64,000 nt of DNA from a virus (Duplodnaviria; Caudoviricetes): positions 18,597 to 82,596 of IMG/VR virus record IMGVR_UViG_3300042673_001351; one strand, written 5' to 3'. Every line of letters starts with the position of its first letter. The first letter of the stretch is position 1. The notes under the pieces were generated by a model. That model was not told where the DNA came from and ran no database searches. It saw nothing but the letters and a program-made list of their open reading frames with translations. Both the position numbers and the translations under genes were made by a program. Positions 39,919 to 49,920 of the stretch are shown in pieces.

Positions 39919-41063
39919 ATGCCTGAACTATTTATAGATACTGTAGCAGAGCACATTACAGGTGCAATGCAACAGGAAATAGCAGAACAATTGTTTGAAG
40001 ATTGGTCTAATAAGAATCTAGATGAAGGTGCTGAATATGCTGAATATGAATTCATGCAATATGCCTCACCTGAATTAAAGCAAGAATATAATAAGTTCTA
40101 TTCTTACATTGAGGGAAATGAGTATTATCTATGTTAGGTTATACATATAAAGATATACAGAACTTTGGTAATAGTTTAACTGTTGCTATTGATTCCGCTT
40201 CCGACCCTGATGTTAAGCAAGGTCTATTAACCATATGGGATTTTTTCGAGGGCCTACTAGCAGAAGGGTATATAGATGAGAACACTTACTACGGATAAGT
40301 TAATAGAATATATGAATATTCATTTAATTAGTCTTAACCAGGATATGGATAAAGATTTGAATGTTGAATCTAAGATCAATATCCAAGGACAAATTATGGC
40401 TATAGAACATCTACTGGAGTATGCTAATGAGTTATAAGGATACTCTATTGGAACCCCACCTACAAAAATTAGTTGACCTGGGAGAATCAGGTACTGATAT
40501 CATGCATGGTCACATGAAGAATCTAATGTATGAATGTGAAACAAAACTATTAGACATATCTGAATTACAGGATATGCCTGAATATAAATATCTTTCAGGA
40601 CGTATGGACGCATTGACAGAAATATACATTATGACGTATAATTTAGCCTTCGCCATAAACGAAAGGACTGTATCTCGTGGATGATTTGCAATATGACAGA
40701 GGCCAAAAAGTTAAAATGCAATTGGACCAAATTGTCAATACCTTAAATAGCGTTGATGTAGCCATGTCATTAATATGGGTATGGGCATGGGATTTAATTA
40801 GAGATAAGTATCAGTCTCATGAATTTATTACTGAGGGTTCTGAGTATGTAGTTAGTACTGGAGTTACCTTAGATGTTATATGGAATAAACTTTGGGAAAG
40901 CCCGCCCTCCGATTTTACCCTGGAGTACGGGGCAGACCAAATGGACGAGGCTGTAATGGATTGGATGATTGATAACAACTTCCTTACCCTCCTAGATGAT
41001 GATGATTGGTTAAACGAGAGTTCTGACGTGGAGTCAGATGATGTACAACTTAATATGGAATGA
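39919..41063 (+). CDS. Cluster of small acidic hypothetical proteins (incl. 39919-40137, 40421-40684, 40677-41063)
   Basis: ORF track; promoter at 39873; RBS motifs. Confidence 0.55.
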
Positions 41064-41114
41064 AGGAACTAGGCTTCAAGGCGGAGCTCAGGGCAATTAG
41101 AAAGAGGATCTACA

Positions 41115-41255
41115 ATGGCAACAAAGCGTGAATATCTAAAGTCAAAAGGCATTACAGTGGGCGTCCGTGGACGTTTCTCAGGTGCCGCTAAGCAAGCTCT
41201 GTCAGAGGCAGAGAAGAACGGCGTAAAGTTTACAGCTGAGGTAAAGACTAAGTAA
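41115..41255 (+). CDS. 46-aa Lsr2-like DNA-binding peptide
   Basis: MATKREYLKSKGITVGVRGRFSGAA resembles the Lsr2 C-terminal REWAxxNGxxVSxRGRI motif; AGAGGA RBS. Confidence 0.55.
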   Translation: MATKREYLKSKGITVGVRGRFSGAAKQALSEAEKNGVKFTAEVKTK

Positions 41256-41349
41256 ACTAACTAACATTGGGTAGGGTCTGTACTGTCCTAACGCTATTGA
41301 CCTTACCCAACCTAGTATGATAAAATGACGGAGATTAGAAAAGGCGGAT

Positions 41350-41813
41350 ATGGCAAAAAGAATACAAGAAGAAAAGATAGCAGAAGCATTAGCAGAGGCA
41401 GTAGATAACAATTGGTTTAATCCTACATTGTGCGCTGACCTAATTGTTAATCACATGCCGCTATATACTCAAGACCGACTAATGATTTTAATATCAGAGG
41501 TCATAAGGCAACAAGCCTTGAGGTTTGAAACTGAGTGGGAGCATGGCTATACATCTGACGGCTTAATGCTATCAAGTCATTTGGCTGAAGTAATAGAGGC
41601 TCATCAACGAGGTCTGGATATCTAATGACCAAGCCTGTAGGAGCCAAGCAGCGCAAGCCTAGATCAGGTGGACGGGACAGGAATCATGCCCTTGCAGCTT
41701 TTAGAAAAGTAAAGCGGGCAGAGAAAAGAAAGAAGTCCCAATTCCAAGAGTACTATGAATCAATGTGTGGTCCAGTAACTATAACATATAAAGAAGTAAA
41801 TTTAAATAAGTAA
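41350..41813 (+). CDS. Two hypothetical proteins (41350-41625; 41625-41813, basic)
   Basis: ORF track; TAATG coupling. Confidence 0.55.
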
Positions 41814-42337
41814 ACATCTGGGACATGTGATCGATTTGTACATGTATGTACATTTTGATATACATTGTCCCATTTGTTATATCTGAGTAAGGGCAGAATT
41901 TCTTCTTTACGACAAGCTATAAAAAATCCCTGAAAATCTAGGATAATCTAATATAAATGTATATTAATCTTATTAAACATATATAGAATCTATTAAAATA
42001 TATATAAAATGTGGGCAAATTTTCCTATTTACGAGACATGTTTCTATATCCTGGAATACATTATATGATCACATTTGGATAACATTTGGCTCAAAGCTCT
42101 TGACAATATGGCTATTATATGCCATGTGGGTCAAAGTGGAGCATTACGGGGAGTTGTGGGGGATCGCTCAATTACATGTATATCTATCTGAGTATATATC
42201 GATAACATTTACGTTATAATTAATAGTATTTACTTTGGTAGATATGATGTAGATATGGCTCTAAAAAGGCTTTAAAGGGGGTTTATAGAGATGTATATGA
42301 GAGGGGGGAAGCTAGGATATGGAGCATATTTTAGCCA

Positions 42338-42511
42338 TTAGTATGGAGTTTCTCCAGACTCTTTGGCTATGGCTATTTGCTCTCTTTGCCATGTATGTAG
42401 TATATCGATCTGATTCTGAGTATATAGACATTGAGTACATAGTGAATATACGAGATCACCTTTAGTATATAGATATAGATCCTTATTGAGATTACATACG
42501 TTACAGGTCAC
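42338..42511 (-). CDS. Small CxxC...CxxC protein (57 aa)
   Basis: GTG start overlapping the upstream TGA; MTCNVC...LCTQC. Confidence 0.5.
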   Translation of the reverse strand: MTCNVCNLNKDLYLYTKGDLVYSLCTQCLYTQNQIDILHTWQREQIAIAKESGETPY

Positions 42512-42729
42512 TTCAGCTTCCGCCTTTTATTTGATTTCTTCTTAGGATATATAAAGTCTATGTAATCATTTCCTTTGGCCCAAGCTTTCTTCCTACTTAC
42601 AAATATAGCTTGTGATCTAGCTCCCAAAGAATTTTCATAATACCATAATCCAGTATTCTCATCTTTACCTACCTTGACCCATTTTTTTATAGGCTCTTTA
42701 CTTATAAAGTCTGTTCCCACACTAGTCAT
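42508..42729 (-). CDS. Hypothetical protein
   Basis: ORF track; AGGCGG RBS. Confidence 0.5.
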   Translation of the reverse strand: MTSVGTDFISKEPIKKWVKVGKDENTGLWYYENSLGARSQAIFVSRKKAWAKGNDYIDFIYPKKKSNKRRKLK

Positions 42730-43138
42730 TTCAACTTTCCCGCCTCAAGCTCATCAATACGCTTTTTAATAGGCTTAAGCATGTGTATTACCAAAACAAA
42801 ATCTAATGCTAATCCCAATCCTAATCCAAAGAAAAACCAAAGTAGTGAATTCATGGTTTACGCCTTTTATTGATCAAAAATACAGCTAAGGTTATAGCTG
42901 CAGAAACTGCAAGAATTAACAACATTCTGTTTGAGTGATCATATGGATCTGTATGTGTAAGTAGGTTCATATATTAATTATACTATATGAATGTAATCCT
43001 AGTCAACTGCTTTATCTATGTGGATCTAATTGCATAATATGAGTAAATATTTCTGTGCCTGCAATAAGTATAGATATATGAATGTATAAACAGATTAACT
43101 TAGGTATTAATCCTATTGGTCTATTTATAGTAACTGTA

Positions 43139-43342
43139 TCAATCCTTGCCATCTATATCCTTAATTCGTATCCAGCATCCATATTTATTTGGCTCTGCCG
43201 ACCCTATATATTCTTGTCCAGTTTCCATATCAATTATCTTCCATTTTCCTGGAGCCTTGGTATGAATTATGAGGTCTATTGGAGCCTGTAGCTCCCAAGC
43301 TGACCCGCCATTAATTAATTTTCTATGTGCCATGTTGACCAA
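43139..43342 (-). CDS. Hypothetical phage protein
   Basis: HTKAPGKWKIIDMETGQEY. Confidence 0.55.
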   Translation of the reverse strand: MVNMAHRKLINGGSAWELQAPIDLIIHTKAPGKWKIIDMETGQEYIGSAEPNKYGCWIRIKDIDGKD

Positions 43343-43431
43343 TTATACTATATTAAGCCAGGTACTGGCAAGATGAGCTTCTATTTTCCGCTTCACTTTT
43401 TGCGCCCATATAATGTAATATATAAATATAT

Positions 43432-43755
43432 TTATATAATGCTATTAGTCTCTCTTAGTCTTTGATCTTCCCATAATCCCGTAATAGATTCATTACCTAT
43501 GTCATCAAAATAGTATCTATTCTGTTCTGGATTAAATGTCCACCCGTACCACATATCACCCTCAGACCATGTTAGATTGGTTGGGACTTCTTCTTTTTCA
43601 TATTCAGCCAATGCATCTAACAATTCTGCATTTCCCCACTCTACCGCCATTATTGCTTGTTTAAGTAGCCTCTGGCGCAACAATAACTTTAGTGCATACA
43701 TCAAATTTGACATCCTTTTTGTCTTTCTTTTTTTGTGGCCTGCTTGTATCCCCAT
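43432..43755 (-). CDS. Hypothetical protein(s)
   Basis: ORF track. Confidence 0.4.
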   Translation of the reverse strand: MGIQAGHKKRKTKRMSNLMYALKLLLRQRLLKQAIMAVEWGNAELLDALAEYEKEEVPTNLTWSEGDMWYGWTFNPEQNRYYFDDIGNESITGLWEDQRLRETNSII

Positions 43756-43813
43756 CCGTATGATCCCAGCATTAATAAAGCAATTGCTGATGAGTGTAAT
43801 AAATCAAACATGT

Positions 43814-44230
43814 TTACTCTTTTCCCGTATCGATAGGTTTAGGATTGTACCCAGCCCTATTTCTTTCTAATACATTAAATCCAGTTGCTCTTTCAAGTAC
43901 CATATAATGATAATTTACAAGTCCTAGATCATCTTCAAGCTTTTTTAAAATTTTATCTATTGGTAAGTCTCCGCAAGTGTATAGATCAAACTGAATTTCT
44001 GCTGGATTTGGTTCATCCCATATATGTAATGCTATATGGCTGGTCTCTATCATTACTATGCATGTGAGGCCCATATTGCCTTCTTTGGTCACATATGATG
44101 AATATGGACCCTGTATGGTCTTCATGTCGATGGAGTCGACTAATGACTGCATCCACTCTATTGCTGACGATTCACTTTTTATTGCACTATTTGTGTACCC
44201 ATTTACCAGTAATTGATTATGTAGTGGCAT
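43814..44230 (-). CDS. speD: S-adenosylmethionine decarboxylase proenzyme
   Basis: GLTC.VMIETSHIALHIW...FDLYTCG (pyruvoyl self-cleavage Ser-His site). Confidence 0.8.
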   Translation of the reverse strand: MPLHNQLLVNGYTNSAIKSESSAIEWMQSLVDSIDMKTIQGPYSSYVTKEGNMGLTCIVMIETSHIALHIWDEPNPAEIQFDLYTCGDLPIDKILKKLEDDLGLVNYHYMVLERATGFNVLERNRAGYNPKPIDTGKE

Positions 44231-44964
44231 ATTATTATTTCCCCCTTTATTCCTTTTCTATAGTTATTTTAGCTTTAGTAACAATTCTTCTAATCTCGTA
44301 TAGGCACAATGAACACTCACCTATATATAAATAGTTGCCAGATTCTAATTCTGATACTGCGGTTATTTTACCTTTAGATACTTTGCTGCAATACCTACAA
44401 TATGCATCTATTTCTTTCATCTAGATCTTCCTAAAAATGGTGTTATTCTGCTTCTTCTATTGTCTTTGTATCCCATATCAAAGTCCTTTAATTCATCGTA
44501 TCCGTATCCTGTTATCGGTTCTGTGTTCGGAATGTTGTTTTCCATGTTAATCTAAACTTTTAGTTATTATTGTATATACCCCGTGAGCAAAAATAGCCGA
44601 TAAGGTAATTATCATTAATATATTGATAATATTGTTTTTCATAGCAGAAAGTATAGCATAAACATGGGCGAAATGGCTAGTATGAATAAGGTAGTTTCTT
44701 TAAGTATTTTCCTTGGCTTCCTTTTTTTCTTTTTATTATTTATATCAAAACCAAGATTCTTTATTAAAAAGTTTAAATAAACAAAGAAAGATAAATATAG
44801 ATTAATTGACAAGTGCCTAATAAATACCCATAATGGATCAAATACCCATGCCCTAAGCAATAGCATATGTGTGTCCACACCTAATGCAGGAGCTGTAGGT
44901 AAGTCCAGTAAATGGGCACGATGACTGTAAAAAATTATGTTTAAATATTTTACATTTAATTGTA

Positions 44965-46233
44965 TTAAACATTTATTTTACCTAATTCTTTTAATACTCC
45001 TTTTCCATATCTTGGATCTATTCTCATTAATCTGTTAATAATTTTATCTATTGTAGACTTATCTGCTCTTGATAAAGCTTTTGCAATATTTTTATGTAAT
45101 CTTGATTTTTGATTTTTGTCAAATAAATTCCATAAAGCCCTTGGCTGACTATAGTAATATTCTTCGTCTTGCCTATTTTGACACTCTAGCCAGATTATAT
45201 TATTTTTATATAGGTCCATATCTTTTCTAATATGAGTGGGCAGCTCATTTACTTTTTTACCCAACCTTATTTGTTGAAGTTTTGGATATGAATCCACCCT
45301 AGCAGTTAAGCTAAAGTCTGGAGATAGTCCCATTCCTTTTGGTATATTACCAGGAGCAAGAGCCATTTTTTCAAACTCTTCCATTTGATCATTTGGTAAT
45401 TGATTTAATTCAAATTCCCCGATTTCTATTAAAGGGAAATCTGCATGTGGCCATATATTTGTAGATGAGAATACGTTATAATTTAAATCTTTATACTTAT
45501 CCTCTTCCATCATTTGAATATAAACTTTCCATTTTGGGAAGTTTTTAGAGTTAATTAAATTTATCATGTCTACTGTCATTTTATCTGGATAATCGAAAGA
45601 TATTTTGGCAGCTTCTTCTTCGGAATACCAATCGTGTCCCTGTTGTGTCTTAAAATGAAATTTAATCCAAGTTCTATTTCCATCTTTGTCTATTAAAGAT
45701 GTCGTATTACATCCATATCCATTCATATGTTGCCAACCTTTTGGTATACCACGATCTGAAAATATCATAGTCATAACGTGCAGCCCAGATAAAGTTTTAT
45801 TAATAAAATTCCATTTATCTGTGTGGTCCAATGAATTTTTATAAGGATTTTTTATCATTGCATCATGGAATAGCATAGTGTCATCAATCATGTCTATCCA
45901 TTGAATTGGAGTACTTAAACCAACTATATCCCAAATTTCCTCTTCACCATAAAATCTTACGCTAAACCCTCTATTATCACGTAATAGCTCTGAGGTTCCG
46001 TGTTCAGACAATGTATTAGAAAATCTTATTGCTATCTTAAACTTTTTATTTAATTGTGATAAAAATTGAGATGTTGTATATTTAGATAAATCTTTTGTTA
46101 AAGTAAAATCTCCGTAAAATCCACTACCATTGCCATGAAAAATTCTTTCTTTAGTTTTATTTTTGTTTACAAAATTTATGGCAAATGATGCAATTTCATA
46201 CATATTGCCAGCATGTCTTAATATTCTTTTCAA
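44965..46233 (-). CDS. Heme catalase-family protein (divergent, N-terminally short)
   Basis: ERIFHGNG, RFS, RDNRGFSVRFY, RGIP..W.HMNGYG, WPH.DFPLIEIG, ARVDSY...RLG. Confidence 0.85.
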   Translation of the reverse strand: MKRILRHAGNMYEIASFAINFVNKNKTKERIFHGNGSGFYGDFTLTKDLSKYTTSQFLSQLNKKFKIAIRFSNTLSEHGTSELLRDNRGFSVRFYGEEEIWDIVGLSTPIQWIDMIDDTMLFHDAMIKNPYKNSLDHTDKWNFINKTLSGLHVMTMIFSDRGIPKGWQHMNGYGCNTTSLIDKDGNRTWIKFHFKTQQGHDWYSEEEAAKISFDYPDKMTVDMINLINSKNFPKWKVYIQMMEEDKYKDLNYNVFSSTNIWPHADFPLIEIGEFELNQLPNDQMEEFEKMALAPGNIPKGMGLSPDFSLTARVDSYPKLQQIRLGKKVNELPTHIRKDMDLYKNNIIWLECQNRQDEEYYYSQPRALWNLFDKNQKSRLHKNIAKALSRADKSTIDKIINRLMRIDPRYGKGVLKELGKINV

Positions 46234-46451
46234 TTAACTCTTCCCCACTGTATATAGTTCCATCCACGCTCATGTGCGTAATAGATAAATACTTTAACAA
46301 CAGTTTCCCAAAACGCAATTGTCACAGAAAGAGTAGCGTTTCTTGTTATAGCATAAGCCACTGCAACAGAAGAAAGGGTTCCCCATATTCGATAACTTAA
46401 CGCTTTAACAAATGATCTAGACCTAGTTACTTTCATTTTCGTCCTGTTCAA
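46230..46451 (-). CDS. DUF2061 membrane protein
   Basis: RSFVKALSYRI...YYAHERGW. Confidence 0.75.
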   Translation of the reverse strand: MNRTKMKVTRSRSFVKALSYRIWGTLSSVAVAYAITRNATLSVTIAFWETVVKVFIYYAHERGWNYIQWGRVN

Positions 46452-46498
46452 AATAAATCATTGCTTCTTTATCTGACCAACTACTGTCAAAAAATGAA

Positions 46499-47254
46499 TC
46501 AGATACCCATCTGCCTACGCTTTTCAGTAGCTGATATAGCATGAATGTCTGCCCCCAAATCTACCTGTTCGATATTATACCCTACATCACGACCATAAAC
46601 AATGTTGGTTATATTAGGAAGTCTTACAACCATTGATCCGTCCATAAATTCATCTTTAGCAATATATTCTTTTACCTGATCAAATGTGAGAGGATCTTTT
46701 TCGCTAGTCTTGTATGTATTTCTAACGCCAAGCATTACCTGGTCTGTTCTTTGTCCTGCTTCTTTATATAAAGCATGATGACCCTCGTGCCATGGCTGAT
46801 ACCTTCCCAACATTAATGTTGTAGGAAGTCTCCAGTCATGTATTTGAAAGTCTATGCAAGCAATTCTTGCGGCATCATTATATTCATATAAATCATCAAA
46901 CATTAAGTCTACATTATGTGGGGGTTCCCACATTGCTGTAGTATCAGAAAAATCTCTAATTGGCTTACGATTCATCCAAACAACTTTGTCTGGCTTGCCA
47001 AATTCTTTCCTAGTATCTTCTGTTGGGTTTACAAAATCTGCAACTACGTGATATCCCTGTTTAGATAGCAATCGTGATAGCGCACCCATCCTACGTGCTT
47101 GTTCAATTCTGTCTTCTGGTGTGAATCCCAGATCTTTATTTAATTCAGCTCTTACTTCATCAGCATTTAAATGTATGCCATTAATTCTGTCCGCTAATTC
47201 TTTTGAAAATGTAGACTTACCAGCTCCTGGTAATCCAATTACTTGAATAATCAT
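46499..47254 (-). CDS. Adenylylsulfate kinase-like domain fused to HxGH nucleotidyltransferase domain
   Basis: GLPGAGKST, NADEVR...DLGFT.EDR..QARR; C-terminal GRYQPWHEGH. Confidence 0.75.
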   Translation of the reverse strand: MIIQVIGLPGAGKSTFSKELADRINGIHLNADEVRAELNKDLGFTPEDRIEQARRMGALSRLLSKQGYHVVADFVNPTEDTRKEFGKPDKVVWMNRKPIRDFSDTTAMWEPPHNVDLMFDDLYEYNDAARIACIDFQIHDWRLPTTLMLGRYQPWHEGHHALYKEAGQRTDQVMLGVRNTYKTSEKDPLTFDQVKEYIAKDEFMDGSMVVRLPNITNIVYGRDVGYNIEQVDLGADIHAISATEKRRQMGI

Positions 47255-47372
47255 TAAAACTCTTTCTGCTAAATAATTCCTGTTTCTTCTGCATCATCTA
47301 TTTGATCATCTATTGTTCTTAAAATATCAATATCTAGCTCCGAAGAACTAGATACTGATCTTATGCACATTA

Positions 47373-47853
47373 TTAAACCTTCTTTGGTCTACCAGTTTTT
47401 TTAGGGCCAAGATTTGTTTCTCTGCGGATACCGTGTTTATTAGTATCTACTTTTGTTGCTGGCCTTGGACCATTAATTCCCGATCTAAACTTTCCTTGAT
47501 TTGGTTTTTTACGACCAACTTCTTGGGAAGTTACCGCACCTGATGGTTCATTGTTTGGTGGGGTTACCATACCAGTTCCGTTATCACTCATTGTGTTAAG
47601 CCTGAGTCACCATCTCTTGAAGTGTCTGTAATTGTAACTGGAACAATTCCAGTTGTACTTCCTACTGATTCACATCCGCATTCAAAACACATTATTACTT
47701 ACCGCCGTTGTTTACGCCTGCGCCATCTTGTGATGACTTATCAGTTGATGGGAATGCAGCTTTTGGTGCCTCTGTGTATGATTCTGTTGGCCATGGTGAT
47801 GATCCTACTGGCTTTGTTTCGTTAAATCCTTTTAAATCTTTTCCGTCTGACAT
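47373..47853 (-). CDS. Three small disordered proteins (47373-47591, 47588-47692 MCFECGC, 47695-47853)
   Basis: Hand translation; AGGAG RBS; coupled. Confidence 0.5.
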
Positions 47854-48048
47854 TTTATTTCTCCTATAGGTTGTTGTATTTAGATGGGTCTAGAAATCCA
47901 TCTATGGTTATATTATAGCATTTAGTTGATTAAGATTTATACTGTATATTGTAGCAATCTACGCATACAGAGATTATTTTTGAGGGAGAATTGGCTATTC
48001 TGGTTGCTTTATTTAAGCAGCCTTCTATTTCACACATATTTGAAAGCA

Positions 48049-48249
48049 CTATTTTATTTTATTTCCAAACCTAGACCACACTCTTTCATGTAAATAGTAT
48101 CCAAGGGCTTCCCATCCTATATATATAAGGGCCCCAAGACTTGCATATTCCCATTCGCCAGTAAACAAATATATCACGCCAGCCACGCCTACAAGATGAA
48201 ATGTTTCCCAACTTGCTGTCTTTAATAATGTTCTTTTATTGCTATCCAT
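48049..48249 (-). CDS. DUF2061-like membrane protein
   Basis: RTLLKTASW...YYLHERVW; leaderless. Confidence 0.65.
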   Translation of the reverse strand: MDSNKRTLLKTASWETFHLVGVAGVIYLFTGEWEYASLGALIYIGWEALGYYLHERVWSRFGNKIK

Positions 48250-48274
48250 TACCTAATTCTATCATTTATATGAT

Positions 48275-48305
48275 AAAGGGGCAAGGCCTGAGCCCTGCCC
48301 CTTTT
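48275..48305. terminator. Intrinsic terminator (bidirectional)
   Basis: aaaggggca...tgcccctttt. Confidence 0.6.
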
Positions 48306-48316
48306 AATTAAATTAA

Positions 48317-49327
48317 TTACTTAATCCAATTTATCTTTAATTTAGGAAACTTTGCGTTCCACTTTTTAGCCAAAGCATTAAACTTTGTCTTTAGATCTGC
48401 AATAGTCTTCTTTAGGGCTTCGTTCTCTGCCTTTAAAGTTGCTGTTGCTGAATCTACTGCTGCTTTATCTGCTGCACGACCAGCTTTTTCTGCTGCAAGT
48501 GCTGAGTTGGCTGCTGCTAACTCTGCATTCTTTGCTGCTAGTTCTGATAGAACATCACGTACTACAATTGTAGCGCTTACAGACCCTACTGGTGCTGCTA
48601 AGCCTGTTACGGCTGTTGCTACTGTTGCGTATGCAACTACTGTTACTGAACCAGTGGCAGGCATTGTTACTGTCTGCTCTTTTGTTCCAAGTGTTGCTGT
48701 TGCTGAGTCAGTTGTTAGCGCTGTTGACAGTGCTGTTCCAGAGCTTGAAACCAAAGTATTAATTGTGGCTCCACTCTTTAGATTTCCAAATACATCGTAT
48801 CCAGATACCTTAAGAACTTGTGACGTACCTGCTGCTGCTGATGCTGGGGCAGACAAAGTAATTGAGTTCAAAGCACCTGCGGTACCTTGTACATAATAAA
48901 CTGTTGTTGTTCCTGCACGAGTAATAGATACTGATCCTACTGCTGTACTTTTAGTATATACATAAAAGTCTGCCGATGTTCCAGTTCCCGTTGCAATTGA
49001 TAGCGTTGATGTTCCAGATGATGCTGTTACTGCTGAACCAGTTGCTGCAAGAGCAGGTACAAGAGTTGCATTTACTGCAACTGCCGTTACTACTGTTCCT
49101 GTGTCTACTGATGTTACAGCAATCTTTAATGCATCTGCTGCATCTACACTGTTATCTGCTGGCACTGGTAGTGATACAGGAGTTGTTACTGCTGTTCCAC
49201 CCGTTGCTGCAGATCCCGCCACTGTTAATGTGACAGTTCCAGCGTTAGCGTTAGCTGCTGGCGTTACAAGCATTGTGCTAGTCAGGGCTGCAGCGATGAT
49301 TAGCGATACTTTCTTGAATGAGTTCAT
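48317..49327 (-). CDS. Secreted Ala/Thr-rich beta protein with C-terminal coiled coil (surface-protein-like)
   Basis: Signal peptide MNSFKK...ANA; DVFGN Ig-like motif; basic amphipathic tail. Confidence 0.65.
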   Translation of the reverse strand: MNSFKKVSLIIAAALTSTMLVTPAANANAGTVTLTVAGSAATGGTAVTTPVSLPVPADNSVDAADALKIAVTSVDTGTVVTAVAVNATLVPALAATGSAVTASSGTSTLSIATGTGTSADFYVYTKSTAVGSVSITRAGTTTVYYVQGTAGALNSITLSAPASAAAGTSQVLKVSGYDVFGNLKSGATINTLVSSSGTALSTALTTDSATATLGTKEQTVTMPATGSVTVVAYATVATAVTGLAAPVGSVSATIVVRDVLSELAAKNAELAAANSALAAEKAGRAADKAAVDSATATLKAENEALKKTIADLKTKFNALAKKWNAKFPKLKINWIK

Positions 49328-49586
49328 TCTATTTATTTCTCCTTATGTTAATCTGCCTCTTAACGAGACAGAAATCTGTGACATGCTCACACTATGTTAA
49401 ACGTTTAAGTCGGTAAAATGTCGCTTTAATACAACTCGTTTACCTTAACATGAAATGAGCATGGGTCTCCGCCGTCTTCCCATTCTTGCATTTCTTCATC
49501 ATCCATTGGTGGGGCATCGTGTGTGCCGCAAAAAACTTCAGAAATCCAACCACGATCAACTCCATTTTTAAACCAAATTTCAAATT

Positions 49587-49889
49587 CTAAATCCATTGAT
49601 CTAATTCCTTTAACATCATATGTTTAGATTTTGCACCCAAAATTCTTTTAACTTCTTTTCCATTTTCAAAAACAATTGTAGTTGGCAAAGATACAATATT
49701 ATATTCTAAAGACTTTTCTTTATTTTCATCTACATTAATTTTGCCTATCCATATAGAATATTCTTTTGATATTTCATCTAAAATTGGTGAAAACATTTTG
49801 CATGGCCTACACCATTCTGCCCAGAAATCAACTAAGATAACCTTATGAGCCGTTATGGATTCTTCAAAATTATTATTATCTATGATCAC
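49587..49889 (-). CDS. trxA: Thioredoxin
   Basis: VDFWAEWCRPCK. Confidence 0.9.
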   Translation of the reverse strand: MIIDNNNFEESITAHKVILVDFWAEWCRPCKMFSPILDEISKEYSIWIGKINVDENKEKSLEYNIVSLPTTIVFENGKEVKRILGAKSKHMMLKELDQWI

Positions 49890-49920
49890 TGGTTAAGTAT
49901 ATATAATGATTCCAGTATTG

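Larger units (their letters stand above)
32358..42056 (+). repeat. Eight dispersed copies of a fixed-spacing intergenic element
   Basis: GCCCMCAAAGC..RGG-(16)-TTAMG-N16-CCCYGRAA; TTAMG at 32389, 33533, 34704, 36088, 37336, 39794, 41907, 42029. Confidence 0.75.

Noticed and set aside
32327-42056. CRISPR array or integron attC array
   Set aside because: Copies are mostly 1-2.5 kb apart and degenerate, with no cas or integrase gene in the window and no attC-type R/L box palindromes.
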